From: Macrostomum hystrix
Lineage: Eukaryota; Animalia; Platyhelminthes
Direction: 5' to 3'
Length of the DNA: 64,000 bases
Assembly: GCA_950097015.1 (NCBI GenBank)
Contig: CATNEN010000001.1
Location: forward strand, 10,974,001-11,038,000
Under the pieces are notes generated by a model. It was not told the origin of the DNA. It made no database searches and saw only the letters and a list, made by a program, of their open reading frames with translations. Numbering within the stretch: the stretch's first letter is position 1; the number at the start of each line of letters is the position of its first letter. Positions 57,086 to 64,000 of the stretch are shown in pieces. The translations under genes were made by a program, and so were the position numbers.

Positions 57086-60000
57086 GGTAGCAGGGGTGGT
57101 GGGGTAGCAGGGGCCATCAGATTAACGAGTTTAAAAAAACATGTTTATCCAGACGCAAATGTACTTTATCTTAAAGGGCAATAAATTTCGAAGGTCCCAG
57201 CGAAAAAGTACATTTCTATGTGCATCCGTTTAAAAAAAACATCGTTTAGATAGTGGCCTTTATTAAAACTTACATAGTCTTTAAGTGTCGCGTCCTTCTA
57301 CTCTAGTAGTCCTTGCAAATAACTGCAAATTTTAACTATACTAACTAAACTTTTCCGTTTAGCTTCCAGTGCAGATGGTGCTATATAGGGGTCCTTTGAC
57401 TAAACCCTTCTCACACCGAGCCAAACTAACAGTTTAATTTATTGATTCGCCATGTTACGAGCTATCCTTCCAAAACAAAAAGACTTGCCATTCCTTTAAT
57501 GACACACCCACCCCATTACCCAAACCCCATATTCGCGTGTGATTCGCTGTGATTCATTTAATGGCACACCCACCCCATTCCCCAAACCCCATAATCGCGT
57601 GTCCTCACTGTCTTGAGGCTCCTGGCTTGCCTAATAGTGTCCTGCATATCACACCTTCTATTTAACACAAGACCAGAACAAAGAAACTTTCGTTCAGTCT
57701 CGACTCTCAAACTATTTTGTCATTAGGACTTGTTGATTCTACTAAGAAAGAAAATTGTTAATCGAATCTAATAAACTTCAGTCCATCTTTATTTTAATAA
57801 CGTTCAGTTTGCAAATACTCTCTGAGATTGAGAAAAACAGAGAACTCTGAGAAAAACAGATTCTCATCGCATTCTCCCTAACTCTCCTCTTTATTAAAGA
57901 CCAAGGAACAAGTTAACATTGTTATTTCGTTTTTTATAAAAAATGGCTAATTTTGTTGGCTATATTATTGACTATATCCGTATTGTTCATGGATTGTGGA
58001 TTGTTCATATTGTTCATTGTTCAATTCGGGCAGACAGGAGGGAGTGAGGGGCAGAGAGGAGAGACAAGAGAGTGAGAGGGCAGAGAGGAGGGAAGTGAGG
58101 GGGCAGAGAGGAGAGAATTGAGATCATGGGATTGGAATTGAGATCATGGGATTATTTAAAGTTGGAAATAAAGGGAAAGCGGAAGGGGATTGTGGGATTG
58201 GAAAGTGGTCAGTGCCCCCCTGTTATAGAGGGAACCTGTGCCCTCAGGCAAGCAGGCAGGTATGCCGACAGACAGGATAGACAGACAGGAAGGTAGGTGA
58301 GCAGATATCTACCTCATACCTTGAAATGGTATACCTTGGGGCTTACTAAATCTACCCCAAATCTACCATACCCAACCCCAAACCTACACAATGCAGCCTC
58401 CTCTCCACCCTCTAAGCTTCTACTCTTCTACTTCCACTTCTTCCATGTGCTCATGAGCCATGAGCCATGTGCACAAATCTCTATTTGGCCTACAAGATAA
58501 AAAGGGTTACCAACCCTGTCCTAATAGGTCAGTGTCCATAGATCTTATATTCCCTAGATAACCTACTCCCCATTCAAGCAATGTGAAAAATGTGACCCCA
58601 CGAAAAAACAAGAAATATTTAATAAACCTGACCATGCTCACTCAGAGCTCAGGTTCAGTAGCTATGGGACATATTCATTTATTTTTGTTTGGATGGCATT
58701 AAAAAGATAAAGCAGAAATTTCTTTTGTTGCCAATATTTCCCACCTGTGTGAGCTAGGCTTAGTAGCAAATAGATGGTACCAGAGTATTAAACTCATCTA
58801 GCTGCGGCATGAGGGGCTACGGCACCCAACTGCCACAGGGCCACATGGATCCATTTCCCTTCCTCCCATTCCTATTCACTCACATTCCCATCCCTCACAT
58901 TCCTATCCTTCTAGCCTACACAGAATTGTAGTCTACACTTTGACAGCACTTCATATGGCAAAATAAGATTTAACCACTCACTCAAATTGTAAAACCGAAC
59001 ACCAACTTCTCCATTTGGTTTGAAGATACATGAAAATTATCATACCTTAATTATTATTATATTATTATCATATATTAAATAGAAAATCTGTAGCTTAGGT
59101 TTGAAGTAAATAAATACACATTCTTGTTGGGTTGATGATACATTACCCTATAGATAACATATGTTAGACTTTGGTAACAATTGTCTTATTACTTCCCCTC
59201 ATGTTATTCGATCTTTCTTTTAAAAGCACAATTCTTTTAAATCTGTGACCTATGAAGCGGGTGCAAATTGGCAAGTATACCATACTGACCATACCATTTT
59301 TGGAATTGGATATACGATAGTCAATTAGCTTACTTTGGATTACATATTCCACTAATTATCAATTCAATCATAGAATAAAGCCCTGCGGAATTTTTTTAGG
59401 GCTACAGAAAAAAAGCCAAACTGCAATGGCAACACTAGTCCTTGATCCTAGGCTCCCAGCTCATAGATCCCATATCCCAGTAGTTGCTTGGAAATCTTAA
59501 TAAGAATTTATATTCCTGGGTCCCAATTTTATTTAGAATAATGCATTGTTTCTGCCAAGAGTGGCCAGCCAATAAGCTATGTGTATAGACCCAATATACA
59601 GGTTTTTTATTCTAATATTAAGACTTATTAAGATAAGCATAAACTTTGCAGCCTATGTAAAAAGGCTTGTATAGCTCACTATTTATAACACACAAACTTT
59701 ATACTCTTAGAGGTCTACATTTTACATGAATGGAATGTGGGTGCATTCATTTAGTGATGATCATAGCAGGTCACATATTAGCTATGAGCCAAGCTGACAA
59801 GTTAGGATAGTGGCACTGGGTTGAGAGCAGTAGATTCATATTGTTTGAGTTAGGGCCTAAACAATTCGACTGTGCAAGTCAAACATAAAACAAACAACAT
59901 ACTCATATTGCCTCCCCAAGCCTGTGATTAGCAGTAACGAGCTCTTGTCCAGCTCTACACATTACTTCATATTGTATTCTGCTAAATTTCAATATTCTCC

Positions 60001-61358
60001 GCTTTCACATTGTGCCTCGCTTTTATACTGTGAAACAAGCAATTTATAACTTGACGTACCCTTGTCTTCATAGAAATTGACCGCGAAACGTTAATTTAAA
60101 TGGTCCTCATAACATACGGTGTAGAAACCATCTTTCCTAAAAAGCAAGTCGTTTCATAACGTAACTGTTGTTGCTCGGTCGTATAAAATCTCATTTTAAT
60201 TCTACGACTTTCCGATGCTCATTTAAATGGGCCTACTTTTCCACAGAGCATGCTTTACAACACAGTTATTGCTCACTTATAAAAAATACTCGCTCCGGGA
60301 AACTGTCAACTTTCATTGCCTCCCAATCATCATTCTAATTTTCGAAACTATTCCTTTAAGTTGGAATTCTAATTTCCTAATTGAAATTTCCTCGTAATGT
60401 TTAATTGCATTTAATGCATTTAATGCAAAATTGCAGAATATAGGATATGGTAGAAGCACCGCCGCCGCCGCCGCCGACGCCGCCAGTCGCTGCTGAACGG
60501 CGGCGCAGATTCAGACGCCTAAGATCGGGAAATCTTCGGATTAAGATCTGCGGAGCTTCAATTAATTATAAATAAAAAATAAGAAATAACAAATAATAAT
60601 TAATTTTTGTCGCGTAAAATACCCAAGAAACAGTTGCTGATTATCGCGTCGAAATTTCCACTGCTATTGTCGCAGAAACTTCCATAGAAACAATCGCTGA
60701 TAATCGTGGACATTTCCACTGTTATTGTCGCGGAAACTTCCATAGATACAATTGTTGATTATCGTGTCGAATTTTTGACATTGATGCCTAGAGGCCTATT
60801 TTTGGATAATTGTGTTGCCTTTAATCTTCTTTCCTTTGCTAACAGCGAAGCTACGGAGTCATTTTATCGCAGTACTTCATTCACTTTGATTTGACATTAA
60901 TAATACGTTGTGCTAAAGCCTGTACCATTCCAGTGTCTGTCTGTCTGATTAACCTGTGTCTGACGGCAGCTGCTGACTCTTGTTGTGCAATTCTGCCTAG
61001 TGCACTAGCCACGTGGCTACCTCTCTTTGACCTGTGGTCTAGATCAGTGATGTGCCTGCATTTCCAGTGAGTTACTTGACATTTTCTAATGTGAATATGA
61101 ATGAAGATCAAGTCCTGTTTCAATCTGTCCATCACTTGTCATTCTGGAATTCATTTGTCATTCCAAATCTGTCATTCTGGAATTCTTTGTGTTAGAAATA
61201 CCTGTTAGACCAAATGCGTCATTTGTTAGGCCGACAGCGTCAACTGTTAGACAGAGAGCCTGTGATCACCTGTTCTGTTAGACACAGTGTTCACCTGTTC
61301 TGCTTGGCATGGTACCTGTTAGACATCAAGCCCGTACTCACCTGCACTACTCAAACAG

Positions 61359-61714
61359 GCATACCGACACGTATGGCCTTCATCAGACGCATCAACGGGC
61401 TCTCAAACTTGGTTGTCAATTTGTACAATCCATCAGCTCCAGGCTTGTCCCGTCAGGACCTGCTACAGGAGATGCTGCAGACCAACCTGATCACGGAGCT
61501 GCGCTCGAAACTGGAGGTCAAGCGAATGGGCCTGGACGTCTGCTGCCTGGGTTGGCGGCTTCGGTGGCGGAGGCGGCGTCGCAGCGGAAGCGGCGGTGGC
61601 GCCACCGGCAGATGGAAGCAGGGCCAGGTGACACCCGTGCTGCCGATATTGGATCCGCAGACTGCCTCACCGACGCCTGACTTGCGTGTTGAGAAAGTGC
61701 AAACCCTGGACTGA
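61359..61714 (+). CDS. Possible terminal coding exon of an unidentified gene
   Basis: Acceptor CTCAAACAG| follows a degenerate repeat. The GC-rich frame GIPTRMAFIRRINGLSNLVVNLYNP...LRSKLEVKRMGLDVCC...VQTLD is open to a stop. Confidence 0.4.
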
Positions 61715-61856
61715 CCTCAGCGAGACAGGTGGCAAGCTGTCTCGCCGATTACTTGCCGATTGAGAGGGGAAATTCGTGACTGACTTCCACATGTAGTCAG
61801 TAATTAATACATTAATACAATTATATATATAATCGTTTGATATATATATATCGTTT

Positions 61857-61955
61857 CTTCTCTGTGCTCATTATTGCTTGTCTGTGCTCATTATTGCTTA
61901 TCTGTGCTCATTATTGCTTCTCTGTGCTCATTATTGCTTCTCTGTGCTCATTCTT
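61857..61955. repeat. 20-bp tandem repeat (TCTGTGCTCATTATTGCTTC)x~5
   Basis: Direct copies. Confidence 0.85.
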
Positions 61956-63333
61956 GTACTGCTGTGCTTCGATTCTGGCTACTATTCCTGCTATGGCTTA
62001 TGCTACGAATCTATGAGCCTATGAGCCTTTGATTCAACATGCCGCTCATCTTATAAACGAGATATTTTTCCGTCACCCTGTCAAACCCCTTTTTTGCTTA
62101 TCTGCTCACTCTTGCTTATCTGTGCTTTTTATTGTGTTTTTGTGTTTTTTAATTACAAAAATAACAGAAAGCGACTCATGCCTGATTGCGAGTATAAAGT
62201 TAAGCAACTGCTCATGCAACGTGTAAAAGAGAAAATTCTGAGATGCTTTGTTTTATTCAGATTGCTTCTAGTCTCGAATCGCGACCCCCAACGACCCAAC
62301 GATTATTCACGACCCCCAACATTTCTTTTATTTGGAGAGGCAACTGAATTTGAAATTGAATACATAAGTGAATCCACCAGGTGGATTCCACCAGGTGGAA
62401 AAATGCATCCATCAGAGTGGGACCACTGACAGTCTGACTCTCTCCTCTGACCATCGCTGCCACACCAGTGCTAAATTTCGTCGAAGCTGCACTATATGGC
62501 CTAATATTAATAACATCTCGGATTTATCTACTGACAGACATATAAAGTACGGTACAGTAGTTGTAGTGACTTTAGGTTAAGCCAAATACACATATATTTA
62601 TTATTTTGATATGGTCAGTGTTCGTTAAACTCGGACTTACCTCACTATTGGCTTCGTTGCACACCTCATTTTGCTCATAGATGAGTATAAGTTCATGACG
62701 AATGCTTCCCTTTAATTTCCGTTTCTCTGAGGGATGTCATATCCGTGTGGCATTCACAAAATGGTGCTGTGCATCCACAAGCTCCATGTATATATCTTAC
62801 TGATAATTTGTAAACGGCTTCTTAAATAAGTTGTAGTAACTCAAAGGCAGAAGTAAGGCCAGAATTGAAACACAGTAAAGAACCAGTCTGATATCGCGGC
62901 TCCTTATATTTGCGTTCATGCAGTCTAATTTCCAGACCCTGGGGCTGGGGTTTTGGGGGGATCTGGGGATCCCAGACAGACGGCCCACCCCAGTTGCACG
63001 CAAACCAATTGCATGAGACACAAACAACATCAACGGCGGCGGGTGCAGGCAGACAGTGGTGACAAGTGCATGCAAACGAGCTAAGCTAACATTGAATGTC
63101 ACATTGAATAACAAAAAGTAATGTCACATAAGTAATTTGCAATTCCAAAAATTAAAGCCCGTCTATTGACAATACATACAGTACAGCACAATTTACACTT
63201 TACAGTGTGAGTGATTCCAAGAAAGAAGCTGAAATATGGGCTGGGCTGGGCTGGGTTGAGAGGCCGCGGGACAGAGCTGGATGAAAAGAAACTCGGAAAT
63301 AGGGCTGGGAGGCTGGGATGATTAAAAGAGACG

Positions 63334-63618
63334 AGCGTGGCACCAATTTTTGGGTTCTTGAATTTTCCTAAACAACAATAGGTGCCCACAAGCTCCAGTT
63401 CAAGTTTATAAATCTGGCTACATAGTAATAATTAAGTAGTCTGTGTGGTGGGAAACGCATGCAGGTAAGGCCAAGCGTGGCACCAATTGTTGGTTTCTTG
63501 AATTTTCCTAAACGACAATAGGTGCCCACAAGCTCCAGTTCAAGTTTATAAATCTGGCTACATAGTAATAATTAAGTAGTCTGTGTGGTGGGAAACGCAT
63601 GCAGTTAAAGGCCAAGCG
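63334..63618. repeat. 140-bp tandem duplication
   Basis: Two near-identical copies starting AGCGTGGCACCAATT at ~63334 and ~63474. Confidence 0.9.
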
Positions 63619-64000
63619 TTTTAAGGGCAAGGCGTAAAAAATTTAGCTAAGCAAAATCAGTAGATATAACCTTGGCAAAAATTTAAACATGATACATGTA
63701 TAACAATTGCTGTACCATTGCACATATATATTCATATTTTAAACGGTATCCATTCGTACTACAGTAAATAGTATATGGCTGTCGTCGGTGTCCCAAGAGA
63801 TTTGAGCACAATTTATCGAGTCGGATTCAATTGAAAATCAATCTAGAAATGATTTCCTACACGACTGAGTCGGTTTTATGATTTCAAATGATTTCTACTT
63901 GAACTTATTAACCTGGAAAGTCACCTAGAAAATTTGACGAAATAAACAGGGGCGATACACTGCTGACATTCTGAGGCCGCAGGCTGTCTTTTAGACCCCA

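Overview
Eukaryotic (metazoan) genomic DNA with spliceosomal introns and a very high minisatellite load. The style (GC-rich exons, introns filled with 20-45 bp tandem arrays) resembles the free-living flatworm Macrostomum, but that is inference. Five spliced host genes can be rebuilt with phase-consistent splice sites: RNase H1 (+), WDR54 (+, with a Met-only first exon and a GC-AG intron), a GT92/DUF23 glycosyltransferase (-), TMEM165/GDT1 (-), and a secreted PAN/Apple + ALK/LTK-type glycine-rich protein (+). There are also two orphan terminal exons. The most striking structure is the TMEM165 locus. One signal-peptide exon sits upstream of two duplicated phase-0 terminal exons, each encoding a whole GDT1 transporter body, and one has an altered ion-binding motif (EIGDNT). 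Mobile DNA includes an intact two-ORF Harbinger with TIRs and TSD, a Gypsy element nested in an older Gypsy, a decayed piggyBac joined to a 5'-truncated LINE, MULE and CACTA/Mirage transposase relics next to a SET8-like pseudogene, two tRNA-SINE families, several MITEs and a probable solo LTR. The many long low-complexity ORFs in the track are artefacts of tandem repeats.
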